From NCBI RefSeq assembly GCF_050920415.1, contig NZ_CP169309.1: DNA of 64,000 bases; one strand, 5' to 3'. The stretch comes from Escherichia coli. GTDB lineage: Bacteria > Pseudomonadota > Gammaproteobacteria > Enterobacterales > Enterobacteriaceae. Positions 54,907 through 64,000 of the stretch are shown one piece after another. Both the position numbers and the translations under genes were made by a program. The notes beneath the pieces are model-generated. The model did not search any database and had not been told where the DNA came from. It saw nothing but the letters and a program-made list of their open reading frames with translations. The number at the start of each line of letters is the position of its first letter. Position 1 is the stretch's first letter.

Positions 54907-55236
54907 TCACCGCCCATACTCATCTTCCATTCTCCGCTCTTCATCTTCTAGCTGCCGACGCTCCTGATCCAGCTGGCGCTGGCGATCGTCCAGCTGCTTG
55001 CGGCGATCTTCAAACTGGCGGCGGCGATCGTCATATTGTCTGCGCCGATCGTCGTTCACTTCACGCTGCCAGCCGTCGTCGCGCGAATCTTCATAGTCTC
55101 GCCCACGGTCAGGGTTATAAGCATCGTTAATCGCCTGCTGAATATTGCCAATGGTGTCGTCGATAATATCGGCCTGGGCCGGAACGGTGGACAGCGTGAG
55201 CAGGGTGAATAAAATAAATAGCGGAAAACGTTTCAT
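54907..55236 (-). CDS. yjdP: Secreted protein with highly charged D/R/Q/E-rich repetitive C-terminus (YjdP-like, 109 aa)
   Basis: Signal peptide MKRFPLFILFTLLTLSTVPAQA followed by repeats DDRRRQYDDRRRQFEDRRKQLDDRQRQLDQERRQLEDEERR. Confidence 0.7.
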   Translation of the reverse strand: MKRFPLFILFTLLTLSTVPAQADIIDDTIGNIQQAINDAYNPDRGRDYEDSRDDGWQREVNDDRRRQYDDRRRQFEDRRKQLDDRQRQLDQERRQLEDEERRMEDEYGR

Positions 55237-55304
55237 TAGCCAACCTCAAAAAGAAACTCTATCCACATTAGTCATTACTCATCCATGCAAGTAGTGGATG
55301 AATC

Positions 55305-55517
55305 TCAATTTTTCCGCTGCTCTATTGCCGTAATCGCCTCCACGCGTTGTTGATGACGACCGCCTTCGTACTGCGCGCCCAGCCACGCATCCACAATCAT
55401 TTTTGCCAGTTCGAGGCCAACCACTCGTGAACCAAAAGCCAGTGCAACTTCACTGGCGTAATGCGGATAATCAGTGCGCTCTGACGACCTGGTTTCTTTA
55501 TCAATCCCCTCACTCAT
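55305..55517 (-). pseudogene. rpiB: Decayed remnant of ribose-5-phosphate isomerase B / allose-6-phosphate isomerase (rpiB)
   Basis: 70-codon frame MSEGIDKETRSSERTDYPHYASEVALAFGSRVVGLELAKMIVDAWLGAQYEGGRHQQRVEAITAIEQRKN retains the RpiB/LacAB SxxRTDYP and C-terminal GGRHQQR segments but lacks the N-terminal MKIAxGxDHxG segment and the central GILICGTGxGxSIAANK active-site segment. Confidence 0.55.
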
Positions 55518-55874
55518 TGACTATGAATAAAAGGCTGGCACAGCAACGCAGAATCCTGCGGTGCCAGCGACATGACCGCCCATTGCTCCGGTACGTTTTT
55601 TAATAAGAAACACCGGTTGCATTGATTAATTGTGCTCAGTATTTGCCGAAGTACAATATATATAATAAATATATAAAACACCTCATATTATTTACAGAGA
55701 TAATGAATTCGCGTACTTTTCCCTCTTCAGCACAAATGCCTAATAAAATGGCTCGTTCCGCTCACACTTCCACTTATTAAAGTCGCAAATTCCCAATTAT
55801 GATAACGCCAGCTTTAAATGACGTATTTTGCATGGATTACATATTTACGACATAAATGATAAATGGAGATTTAT

Positions 55875-57860
55875 ATGAATAACTCTCGGTTATTCCGTTT
55901 GAGCAGGATTGTTATTGCGTTAACTGCCGCCAGCGGCATGATGGTAAATACCGCTCACGCAACAGATGAAGCGAAAGCCGCGACTCAATATACCCAGCAG
56001 GTTAATCAGCATTACGCAAAATCATTACCGTTTAGCGATCGTCAGGACTTTGACGATGCCCAGCGCGGATTTATCGCCCCGCTGCTGGATGAAGGTATTC
56101 TGCGCGATGCGAATGGCAAAGTTTACTACCGCGCGGATGATTACAAATTTGATATTAATGCCGCTGCGCCGGAAACCGTAAACCCCAGCCTGTGGCGTCA
56201 GTCGCAGATCAACGGCATTTCTGGCCTGTTCAAAGTCACCGATAAAATGTATCAGGTACGCGGCCAGGATATCTCTAACATTACATTCGTTGAGGGCGAG
56301 AAAGGCATTATTGTTATCGACCCACTGGTAACGCCGCCTGCCGCAAAAGCCGCACTTGACCTTTACTTCCAGCATCGTCCGCAAAAACCGATTGTTGCTG
56401 TGATTTACACCCACAGCCACGCCGACCATTATGGCGGTGTGAAAGGCATTATCTCTGAAGCGGATGTTAAATCTGGCAAAGTGCAAGTGATCGCTCCGGC
56501 AGGCTTTATGGACGAAGCCATCAGCGAAAACGTGCTGGCGGGTAACATCATGAGCCGCCGTGCGCTCTACTCTTACGGTCTGTTACTGCCGCATAACGCG
56601 CAAGGCAACGTGGGCAACGGCCTGGGCGTGACGCTGGCAACGGGCGACCCGAGCATTATTGCGCCAACCAAAACGATTGTCAGAACTGGCGAGAAGATGA
56701 TTATCGACGGCCTGGAATTTGACTTCCTGATGACTCCGGGTAGCGAAGCGCCAGCCGAAATGCACTTCTATATTCCGGCCCTGAAAGCCCTGTGTACCGC
56801 CGAAAACGCCACGCATACCCTGCACAACTTCTACACCCTGCGCGGCGCGAAAACCCGCGATACCAGCAAGTGGACAGAGTATCTGAACGAAACGCTGGAT
56901 ATGTGGGGTAACGACGCGGAAGTACTGTTTATGCCACACACCTGGCCGGTCTGGGGCAATAAGCATATCAATGATTATATTGGTAAATATCGCGATACTA
57001 TCAAATACATTCACGACCAGACCCTGCACCTGGCGAACCAGGGTTACACCATGAATGAAATTGGCGACATGATTAAGCTGCCACCTGCGCTTGCCAATAA
57101 CTGGGCCAGCCGCGGCTATTACGGTTCTGTCAGCCACAACGCCCGCGCGGTGTATAACTTCTATCTTGGCTATTACGACGGTAACCCGGCTAACCTGCAT
57201 CCGTATGGTCAGGTGGAGATGGGTAAACGTTACGTGCAAGCTCTGGGCGGTTCTGCCCGCGTTATTAACCTGGCGAAAGAAGCGAACAAGCAAGGTGATT
57301 ATCGCTGGTCGGCAGAACTGCTGAAACAGGTGATTGCCGCCAACCCGGGTGACCAGGTCGCGAAGAATCTGCAAGCGAATAACTTTGAACAGCTGGGCTA
57401 TCAGGCCGAGTCCGCCACCTGGCGCGGTTTCTACCTGACCGGCGCAAAAGAGCTGCGCGAAGGGGTGCATAAGTTCAGCCACGGCACCACCGGTTCTCCG
57501 GACACCATTCGCGGGATGTCGGTCGAAATGCTGTTCGACTTTATGGCCGTTCGCCTCGATAGCGCGAAAGCCGCAGGTAAGAATATCAGCCTGAACTTCA
57601 ATATGAGCAACGGCGATAACCTCAACCTGACGCTGAACGATAGCGTGCTTAACTACCGTAAAACGCTGCAACCTGAAGCCAACGCCTCTTTCTACATCAG
57701 CCGTGAAGATCTTCACGCCGTGCTGACCGGACAAGCCAAAATGGCGGATCTGGTAAAAGCGAAGAAAGCCAAAATTATTGGCAATGGCGCGAAACTGGAA
57801 GAAATTATTGCCTGTCTGGATAATTTCGATTTGTGGGTGAATATCGTAACCCCAAATTAA
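55875..57860 (+). CDS. yjcS: Alkyl/aryl-sulfatase of the metallo-beta-lactamase fold (YjcS, ~661 aa)
   Basis: Signal peptide, HxHxDH motif ([10 protein letters not shown]) and C-terminal SCP2-like domain; start at ATG 55875 within ORF 55863-57860. Confidence 0.85.
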   Translation: MNNSRLFRLSRIVIALTAASGMMVNTAHATDEAKAATQYTQQVNQHYAKSLPFSDRQDFDDAQRGFIAPLLDEGILRDANGKVYYRADDYKFDINAAAPETVNPSLWRQSQINGISGLFKVTDKMYQVRGQDISNITFVEGEKGIIVIDPLVTPPAAKAALDLYFQHRPQKPIVAVIYTHSHADHYGGVKGIISEADVKSGKVQVIAPAGFMDEAISENVLAGNIMSRRALYSYGLLLPHNAQGNVGNGLGVTLATGDPSIIAPTKTIVRTGEKMIIDGLEFDFLMTPGSEAPAEMHFYIPALKALCTAENATHTLHNFYTLRGAKTRDTSKWTEYLNETLDMWGNDAEVLFMPHTWPVWGNKHINDYIGKYRDTIKYIHDQTLHLANQGYTMNEIGDMIKLPPALANNWASRGYYGSVSHNARAVYNFYLGYYDGNPANLHPYGQVEMGKRYVQALGGSARVINLAKEANKQGDYRWSAELLKQVIAANPGDQVAKNLQANNFEQLGYQAESATWRGFYLTGAKELREGVHKFSHGTTGSPDTIRGMSVEMLFDFMAVRLDSAKAAGKNISLNFNMSNGDNLNLTLNDSVLNYRKTLQPEANASFYISREDLHAVLTGQAKMADLVKAKKAKIIGNGAKLEEIIACLDNFDLWVNIVTPN

Positions 57861-57868
57861 TGCCACTC

Positions 57869-57910
57869 ACTTTTGGGGGCGCTTAAGCCCCCAAAAGTAT
57901 TTATTTTAAA
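57869..57910 (+). terminator. Rho-independent terminator after yjcS
   Basis: Palindrome ttttgggggcgcttaagcccccaaaa followed by T-rich tract. Confidence 0.6.
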
Positions 57911-58068
57911 AATACATACAACCAATTAATACATAAAATATATAAGTTATGAATGCGGTGGCTGAATAAAGCTATTTTTATTCATCGAGAAAATAGCCAT
58001 ACTGACGCCTTCAATGGATATTGATATTCACTACAGATATTGTTCGCAGCAGACAGGATGTATTTAAT

Positions 58069-58344
58069 ATGCCAACAGTTCTCTCTCGCATGGCGATGCA
58101 ACTCAAAAACACAGCCTGGATAATTCCCGTCTCCATGGTTTCGGGATGCTCATTATCTCCGGCAATCCCGGTGATCGGCGCTTATTATCCCAGCTGGTTT
58201 TTCTGCGCCATTGCCAGCCTTATTTTGACGCTCATCACGAGGCGAATTATTCAGCGGGCAAATATCAATCTGGCATTTGTCGGAATTATTTATACCGCCC
58301 TTTTTGCTCTCTACGCCATGCTGTTCTGGCTGGCATTTTTCTAA
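58069..58344 (+). CDS. ytcA: Small lipoprotein/membrane protein YtcA (91 aa)
   Basis: MPTVLSRMAMQLKNTAWIIPVSMVSGCSL... lipobox-like SGC; immediately upstream of mdtN; start at ATG 58069 within ORF 58021-58344. Confidence 0.7.
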   Translation: MPTVLSRMAMQLKNTAWIIPVSMVSGCSLSPAIPVIGAYYPSWFFCAIASLILTLITRRIIQRANINLAFVGIIYTALFALYAMLFWLAFF

Positions 58345-58362
58345 TCTATTTGAGACGCGCTC

Positions 58363-59394
58363 ATGGAAAGTACGCCGAAAAAAGCTCCTCGCAGTAAATT
58401 CCCTGCTCTGTTAGTGGTTGCGTTGGCGCTGGTTGCCCTTGTTTTCGTTATCTGGCGCGTAGACAGTGCGCCATCAACTAATGACGCCTACGCGTCAGCA
58501 GATACCATTGATGTGGTGCCGGAAGTCAGCGGTCGCATTGTAGAACTGGCGGTCACCGACAACCAGGCGGTGAAACAGGGCGATTTGCTGTTCCGCATCG
58601 ACCCGCGCCCGTACGAAGCCAATCTGGCGAAAGCCGAAGCCTCCCTCGCGGCGCTGGATAAGCAAATTATGCTCACCCAGCGTAGCGTTGACGCACAACA
58701 GTTTGGTGCCGACTCGGTTAATGCCACGGTAGAAAAAGCCCGTGCCGCCGCGAAACAGGCCAGTGATACATTACGCCGCACCGAGCCATTACTGAAAGAA
58801 GGTTTCGTCTCAGCGGAAGACGTTGACCGTGCAAGAACGGCGCAGCGCGCCGCAGAAGCCGATCTTAACGCCGTATTGTTGCAGGCGCAGTCAGCCGCCA
58901 GCGCCGTCAGCGGCGTGGATGCGCTGGTGGCGCAACGTGCGGCAGTGGAAGCGGATATTGCGTTGACGAAACTGCATCTGGAAATGGCGACCGTTCGCGC
59001 GCCGTTTGATGGCCGGGTCATTTCCCTCAAAACCTCCGTCGGGCAATTTGCTTCTGCCATGCGCCCTATTTTCACCCTAATCGACACCCGTCACTGGTAC
59101 GTGATCGCCAACTTCCGCGAAACCGATCTGAAAAATATTCGCTCGGGTACACCCGCAACGATTCGCCTGATGAGCGACAGCGGCAAAACCTTCGCAGGTA
59201 AAGTGGATTCGATTGGCTACGGCGTGCTACCGGATGACGGCGGCCTGGTGCTGGGCGGCCTGCCGAAAGTGTCTCGTTCTATTAACTGGGTCCGCGTTGC
59301 CCAGCGTTTTCCGGTCAAAATCATGGTTGAAAAACCTGACCCGGAAATGTTCCGCATCGGCGCTTCGGCAGTCGCTAATCTTGAGCCGCAATAA
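58363..59394 (+). CDS. mdtN: Membrane-fusion (periplasmic adaptor) protein MdtN (343 aa)
   Basis: N-terminal TM anchor, coiled-coil and beta-barrel adaptor domains; first gene of mdtNOP. Confidence 0.88.
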   Translation: MESTPKKAPRSKFPALLVVALALVALVFVIWRVDSAPSTNDAYASADTIDVVPEVSGRIVELAVTDNQAVKQGDLLFRIDPRPYEANLAKAEASLAALDKQIMLTQRSVDAQQFGADSVNATVEKARAAAKQASDTLRRTEPLLKEGFVSAEDVDRARTAQRAAEADLNAVLLQAQSAASAVSGVDALVAQRAAVEADIALTKLHLEMATVRAPFDGRVISLKTSVGQFASAMRPIFTLIDTRHWYVIANFRETDLKNIRSGTPATIRLMSDSGKTFAGKVDSIGYGVLPDDGGLVLGGLPKVSRSINWVRVAQRFPVKIMVEKPDPEMFRIGASAVANLEPQ

Positions 59395-61445
59395 TGAGCG
59401 CGCTCAACTCCCTGCCATTACCGGTGGTCAGGCTGCTGGCGTTCTTTCATGAAGAGTTAAGCGAGCGGCGACCAGGCCGCGTGCCGCAGACTATGCAACT
59501 CTGGGTAGGCTGCTTGCTGGTGATTCTGATCTCGATGACTTTTGAGATCCCTTTTGTGGCGTTATCACTGGCAGTGCTGTTTTACGGTATTCAGTCGAAC
59601 GCGTTTTACACCAAATTTGTCGCGATCTTGTTTGTGGTCGCCACGATGCTGGAAATCGCCAGCCTGTTTTTGATCTACAAATGGTCATATGGCGAACCGT
59701 TGATCCGATTGATCATTGCCGGACCGATCCTGATGGGCTGTATGTTTTTGATGCGCACCCATCGGTTGGGGCTGGTTTTTTTCGCCGTCGCCATTGTCGC
59801 CATTTACGGGCAAACATTCCCCGCCATGCTCGACTATCCGGAAGTGGTCGTGCGCTTAACGCTGTGGTGTATCGTTGTCGGCCTCTACCCGACGTTATTG
59901 ATGACGTTAATCGGCGTGCTGTGGTTTCCCAGCCGCGCTATCACGCAGATGCATCAGGTGCTTAATGATCGGCTTGATGATGCCATTAGCCACCTGACGG
60001 ACAGCCTCGCACCGCTACCCGAAACGCGGATTGAAAGAGAGGCGCTGGCGCTGCAAAAACTCAATGTCTTTTGCCTCGCGGACGATGCCAACTGGCGAAC
60101 TCAGAGCGCATGGTGGCAAAGCTGCGTGGCAACGGTAACCTACATTTACTCGACGCTGAATCGCTACGATCCCACCTCTTTTGCTGATTCTCAGGCAATT
60201 ATTGAATTTCGGCAAAAATTAGCCTCAGAAATCAACAAACTGCAGCATGCCATTGCCGAAGGTCAGTGCTGGCAAAGCGACTGGCGGATCACTGAAAGTG
60301 AAGCGATGGCGGCACGGGAATGTAACCTGGAGAATATCTGCCAGACATTGTTGCAACTGGGTCAGATGGACCCGAATACACCGCCAACGCCCGCCGCCAA
60401 ACCGCCATCAATGGTCGCCGATGCTTTTACCAATCCAGACTATATGCGCTACGCGGTAAAAACGCTGCTCGCCTGTTTGATCTGTTACACCTTCTACAGC
60501 GGCGTGGACTGGGAAGGCATTCACACCTGTATGCTGACCTGCGTGATCGTCGCTAACCCCAATGTCGGTTCGTCGTACCAGAAGATGGTGTTGCGTTTTG
60601 GCGGGGCTTTTTGCGGCGCAATTCTGGCGCTGTTATTCACGCTACTGGTCATGCCCTGGCTGGACAATATTGTCGAATTGCTATTTGTGCTGGCACCGAT
60701 TTTCCTGTTGGGCGCATGGATTGCCACCAGCTCTGAACGCTCTTCTTATATCGGCACACAGATGGTGGTCACCTTCGCGCTCGCCACGCTCGAAAACGTT
60801 TTTGGCCCGGTGTACGACCTGGTGGAAATTCGCGATCGCGCCCTGGGTATCATCATTGGTACCGTGGTGTCCGCGGTGATTTACACCTTTGTCTGGCCTG
60901 AAAGTGAAGCGCGCACACTGCCGCAAAAACTGGCTGGCGCGCTGGGTATGTTGAGTAAAGTAATGCGGATCCCACGCCAGCAGGAAGTCACGGCTCTGCG
61001 CACTTATCTGCAAATTCGTATAGGTCTGCATGCGGCGTTTAATGCCTGTGAACAGATGTGCCAACGCGTGGCGCTGGAGCGTCAACTGGACAGCGAAGAA
61101 CGCGCTTTACTGATTGAACGTTCGCAAACGGTTATTCGTCAGGGCCGCGATATTCTTCACGCCTGGGATGCAACCTGGAACTCGGCGCAGGCGCTGGATA
61201 ACGCACTACAGCCGGACAGAGCAGGCCTGTTTGCCGACGCACTGGAGAAATACGCCGCCGGCCTGGCAAGCGCACTCAGCCGTTCTCCTCAAATTACACT
61301 TGAAGAGACACCCGCCTCGCAGGCCATCCTGCCGACCTTATTAAAACAGGAGCAATACGTCTGCCAGCTTTTTGCCCGCTTGCCAGACTGGACTGCCCCG
61401 GCATTAACGCCCGCCACGGAACAGGCACAAGGAGCCACGCAATGA
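59394..61445 (+). CDS. mdtO: Aromatic-acid-exporter-family inner-membrane efflux protein MdtO (683 aa)
   Basis: Two membrane domains separated by soluble regions (FUSC/AaeB-like); start overlaps mdtN stop (TAATG). Confidence 0.88.
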   Translation: MSALNSLPLPVVRLLAFFHEELSERRPGRVPQTMQLWVGCLLVILISMTFEIPFVALSLAVLFYGIQSNAFYTKFVAILFVVATMLEIASLFLIYKWSYGEPLIRLIIAGPILMGCMFLMRTHRLGLVFFAVAIVAIYGQTFPAMLDYPEVVVRLTLWCIVVGLYPTLLMTLIGVLWFPSRAITQMHQVLNDRLDDAISHLTDSLAPLPETRIEREALALQKLNVFCLADDANWRTQSAWWQSCVATVTYIYSTLNRYDPTSFADSQAIIEFRQKLASEINKLQHAIAEGQCWQSDWRITESEAMAARECNLENICQTLLQLGQMDPNTPPTPAAKPPSMVADAFTNPDYMRYAVKTLLACLICYTFYSGVDWEGIHTCMLTCVIVANPNVGSSYQKMVLRFGGAFCGAILALLFTLLVMPWLDNIVELLFVLAPIFLLGAWIATSSERSSYIGTQMVVTFALATLENVFGPVYDLVEIRDRALGIIIGTVVSAVIYTFVWPESEARTLPQKLAGALGMLSKVMRIPRQQEVTALRTYLQIRIGLHAAFNACEQMCQRVALERQLDSEERALLIERSQTVIRQGRDILHAWDATWNSAQALDNALQPDRAGLFADALEKYAAGLASALSRSPQITLEETPASQAILPTLLKQEQYVCQLFARLPDWTAPALTPATEQAQGATQ

Positions 61446-62908
61446 TCAATCGTCAACTTTCACGCCTGCTGTTATGCAGCATTCTCGGCAGCACGACGCT
61501 GATTTCGGGCTGTGCCCTGGTACGTAAGGATTCTGCCCCGCATCAACAGCTCAAACCGGAACAAATCAAACTGGCCGATGATTTTCATCTCGCCAGCTCC
61601 GGCTGGCCACAGGCGCAGTGGTGGAAACAACTCAATGATCCGCAGTTGGATGCGCTGATCCAACGGACGCTAAGTGGTTCACATACCCTCGCCGAAGCGA
61701 AACTGCGGGAAGAAAAAGCGCAGTCGCAGGCGGATTTGTTAGATGCCGGTTCACAATTACAGGTGGCAGCGTTAGGGATGCTAAACCGCCAACGTGTCTC
61801 GACGAACGGCTTTTTAAGCCCTTATGCTATGGATGCGCCAGCACTGGGTATGGACGGGCCGTACTATACGGAAGCCACAGTCGGTTTGTTTGCCGGACTG
61901 GATCTTGATTTGTGGGGTGTGCATCGCTCAGCGGTTGCCGCCGCCATTGGCGCGCATAATGCAGCGCTGGCAGAAACCGCAGCAGTAGAGCTATCGCTGA
62001 CCACGGGCGTAGCGCAGCTTTATTACAGTATGCAGGCCAGCTATCAGATGCTCGATCTGTTAGAACAAACACGCGATGTGATTGATTACGCGGTGAAAGC
62101 GCACCAGAGTAAAGTGGCGCACGGTCTGGAAGCGCAAGTGCCTTTCCACGGCGCGCGGGCACAGATTCTGGCGGTCGATAAACAAATTGCTGCCGTTAAA
62201 GGGCAAATCACCGAAACGCGAGAATCTCTGCGTGCATTGATTGGCGCAGGAGCCAGCGATATGCCGGAGATCAAACCGGTGGCATTACCGCAAGTCCAGA
62301 CCGGCATTCCAGCGACACTCTCTTATGAGTTGCTCGCCAGACGCCCGGATCTGCAAGCCATGCGCTGGTATGTTCAGGCGTCATTAGATCAGGTGGATTC
62401 CGCGCGGGCGCTGTTCTATCCGAGCTTTGATATCAAAGCGTTTTTCGGCCTGGATTCTATCCACCTGGATACCTTATTCAAAAAAACCAGTCGCCAGTTC
62501 AACTTTATCCCAGGTCTGAAATTGCCGCTGTTTGACGGTGGACGGTTGAATGCCAATCTCGAAGGCACTCGCGCCGCCAGCAACATGATGATTGAACGTT
62601 ACAACCAGTCAGTGCTAAATGCGGTGCGCGACGTTGCAGTCAACGGCACGCGTCTGCAAACGCTCAACGACGAGCGGGAGATGCAGGCAGAACGCGTAGA
62701 AGCAACGCGCTTCACCCAGCGCGCTGCCGACGCCGCCTACCAACGCGGCTTAACCAGTCGCTTACAGGCCACCGAAGCCCAGTTGCCGGTGCTTGCCGAA
62801 GAGATGTCATTACTGATGCTGGACAGCCGCCGGGTGATCCAAAGCATTCAGTTGATGAAATCGCTGGGTGGCGGGTATCAGGCGGCTCCCGTCGTCGAGA
62901 AAAAATAA
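61442..62908 (+). CDS. mdtP: Outer-membrane efflux factor MdtP (TolC-like, 488 aa)
   Basis: Lipoprotein signal (LISGCAL) plus OEP repeats; overlaps mdtO stop by 4 bp. Confidence 0.88.
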   Translation: MINRQLSRLLLCSILGSTTLISGCALVRKDSAPHQQLKPEQIKLADDFHLASSGWPQAQWWKQLNDPQLDALIQRTLSGSHTLAEAKLREEKAQSQADLLDAGSQLQVAALGMLNRQRVSTNGFLSPYAMDAPALGMDGPYYTEATVGLFAGLDLDLWGVHRSAVAAAIGAHNAALAETAAVELSLTTGVAQLYYSMQASYQMLDLLEQTRDVIDYAVKAHQSKVAHGLEAQVPFHGARAQILAVDKQIAAVKGQITETRESLRALIGAGASDMPEIKPVALPQVQTGIPATLSYELLARRPDLQAMRWYVQASLDQVDSARALFYPSFDIKAFFGLDSIHLDTLFKKTSRQFNFIPGLKLPLFDGGRLNANLEGTRAASNMMIERYNQSVLNAVRDVAVNGTRLQTLNDEREMQAERVEATRFTQRAADAAYQRGLTSRLQATEAQLPVLAEEMSLLMLDSRRVIQSIQLMKSLGGGYQAAPVVEKK

Positions 62909-63037
62909 AATGTCAGCCGCGTGATGGCTGTCACGCGGTATTTCGTTTCGTCACGTCAAAACTGACGACAGCCTGTTTTTCGTCAGAGTTTTGAATAAAT
63001 AGTGCCCGTAATATCAGGGAATGCCCCCAAATAAAAT

Positions 63038-63054
63038 GTGGCATAAAAGATGCA
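63038..63054 (+). promoter_or_regulatory. Sigma54-type promoter upstream of fdhF
   Basis: TGGCAT-N5-ATGCA with GG and GC spaced as in the -24/-12 sigma54 consensus, about 55 bp upstream of the fdhF ATG. Confidence 0.55.
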
Positions 63055-63105
63055 TACTGTAGTCGAGAGCGCGTATGCGTGATTTGATTAACTGGAGCGA
63101 GACCG

Positions 63106-64000
63106 ATGAAAAAAGTCGTCACGGTTTGCCCCTATTGCGCATCAGGTTGCAAAATCAACCTGGTCGTCGATAACGGCAAAATCGTCCGGGCGGAGGCAGC
63201 GCAGGGGAAAACCAACCAGGGTACCCTGTGTCTGAAGGGTTATTATGGCTGGGACTTCATTAACGATACCCAGATCCTGACCCCGCGCCTGAAAACCCCC
63301 ATGATCCGTCGCCAGCGTGGCGGCAAACTCGAACCTGTTTCCTGGGATGAGGCACTGAATTACGTTGCCGAGCGCCTGAGCGCCATCAAAGAGAAGTACG
63401 GTCCGGATGCCATCCAGACGACCGGCTCCTCGCGTGGTACGGGTAACGAAACCAACTATGTAATGCAAAAATTTGCGCGCGCCGTTATTGGTACCAATAA
63501 CGTTGACTGCTGCGCTCGTGTCTGACACGGCCCATCGGTTGCAGGTCTGCACCAATCGGTCGGTAATGGCGCAATGAGCAATGCTATTAACGAAATTGAT
63601 AATACCGATTTAGTGTTCGTTTTCGGGTACAACCCGGCGGATTCCCACCCTATCGTGGCGAATCACGTAATTAACGCTAAACGTAACGGGGCGAAAATTA
63701 TCGTCTGCGATCCGCGCAAAATTGAAACCGCGCGCATTGCTGACATGCACATTGCACTGAAAAACGGCTCGAATATCGCGCTGTTGAATGCGATGGGCCA
63801 TGTCATTATTGAAGAAAATCTGTACGACAAAGCGTTCGTCGCTTCCCGTACAGAAGGCTTTGAAGAGTATCGTAAAATCGTTGAAGGCTACACGCCGGAG
63901 TCGGTTGAAGATATCACCGGCGTTAGCGCCAGTGAGATTCGTCAGGCAGCGCGGATGTATGCCCAGGCGGAAAGCGCAGCCATTCTGTGGGGCATGGGTG
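63106..64000 (+). CDS. fdhF: Formate dehydrogenase H selenoprotein FdhF, 5' portion (truncated by window end); codon 140 is an in-frame TGA read as selenocysteine
   Basis: MKKVVTVCPYCASGCKINLVVDNGKIVRAEAAQGKTNQGTLCLKGYYGWDF... molybdopterin oxidoreductase N-terminus; frame continues unbroken after TGA at 63523-63525 to the window end (HGPSVAGLHQSVGNGAMSNAINEIDNTDLVFVFGYNPADSHPIV...). Confidence 0.93.
63526..63570 (+). other. SECIS stem-loop directing selenocysteine insertion at the fdhF UGA
   Basis: Immediately 3' of the TGA: cacggcccatcggttgcaggtctgcaccaatcggtcggtaatggc, matching the recalled fdhF SECIS hairpin. Confidence 0.8.

Noticed and set aside
55403-55603. 66-codon forward ORF overlapping the rpiB remnant
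   Set aside because: Lies in decayed sequence antisense to the RpiB-like frame; no recognisable domain; likely chance.
56583-57866. 427-codon reverse-strand ORF inside yjcS, and similar long antisense ORFs in mdtN (58488-59087), phnI (48468-49289), phnM (52493-53104) and proP
   Set aside because: All lie antisense to genes with clear family signatures; GC-rich genes commonly have long stop-free antisense frames.

Overview
This window reads as a well-known stretch of the Escherichia coli chromosome (the ~93-94 min region), in inverted orientation relative to standard K-12 numbering. Gene order, left to right: groL (first 52 codons) and groS; yjeH; fxsA; aspA-dcuA; cutA-dsbD-yjdC; tRNA-Phe (pheU) with a phage-integrase remnant; the cadC-cadBA lysine acid-resistance module; dtpC; lysU; the ghoST type V toxin-antitoxin pair; yjdJ-yjdI; dcuSR; dcuB-fumB; yjdF; melA and melR; the adiA-adiY-adiC arginine acid-resistance module; eptA-basRS; proP; yjcZ-crfC; phnA and yjdN; the complete 14-gene phnCDEFGHIJKLMNOP C-P lyase operon; yjdP; a decayed rpiB remnant; yjcS; ytcA-mdtNOP; and the 5' part of fdhF with its selenocysteine UGA codon and SECIS hairpin. 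All identifications rest on my recognition of the translated ORFs and of conserved gene order; no database search was run. I found no CRISPR array, no intact mobile element and no convincing candidate for a previously undescribed system: essentially every ORF of meaningful size is accounted for by a known gene. What is worth a second look is strain-level structure relative to the K-12 reference as I recall it: (1) the melibiose permease gene melB is absent, with melA ending in a 4-bp convergent overlap with yjdF; (2) the D-allose locus (alsR-alsBACEK) is absent between the rpiB remnant and yjcS; (3) phnE is an uninterrupted 259-codon frame. Also notable are the ghoT toxin gene (57 codons, missed by the ORF track), the fdhF recoding signals, and GC-rich palindromic repeats inside the phn operon.
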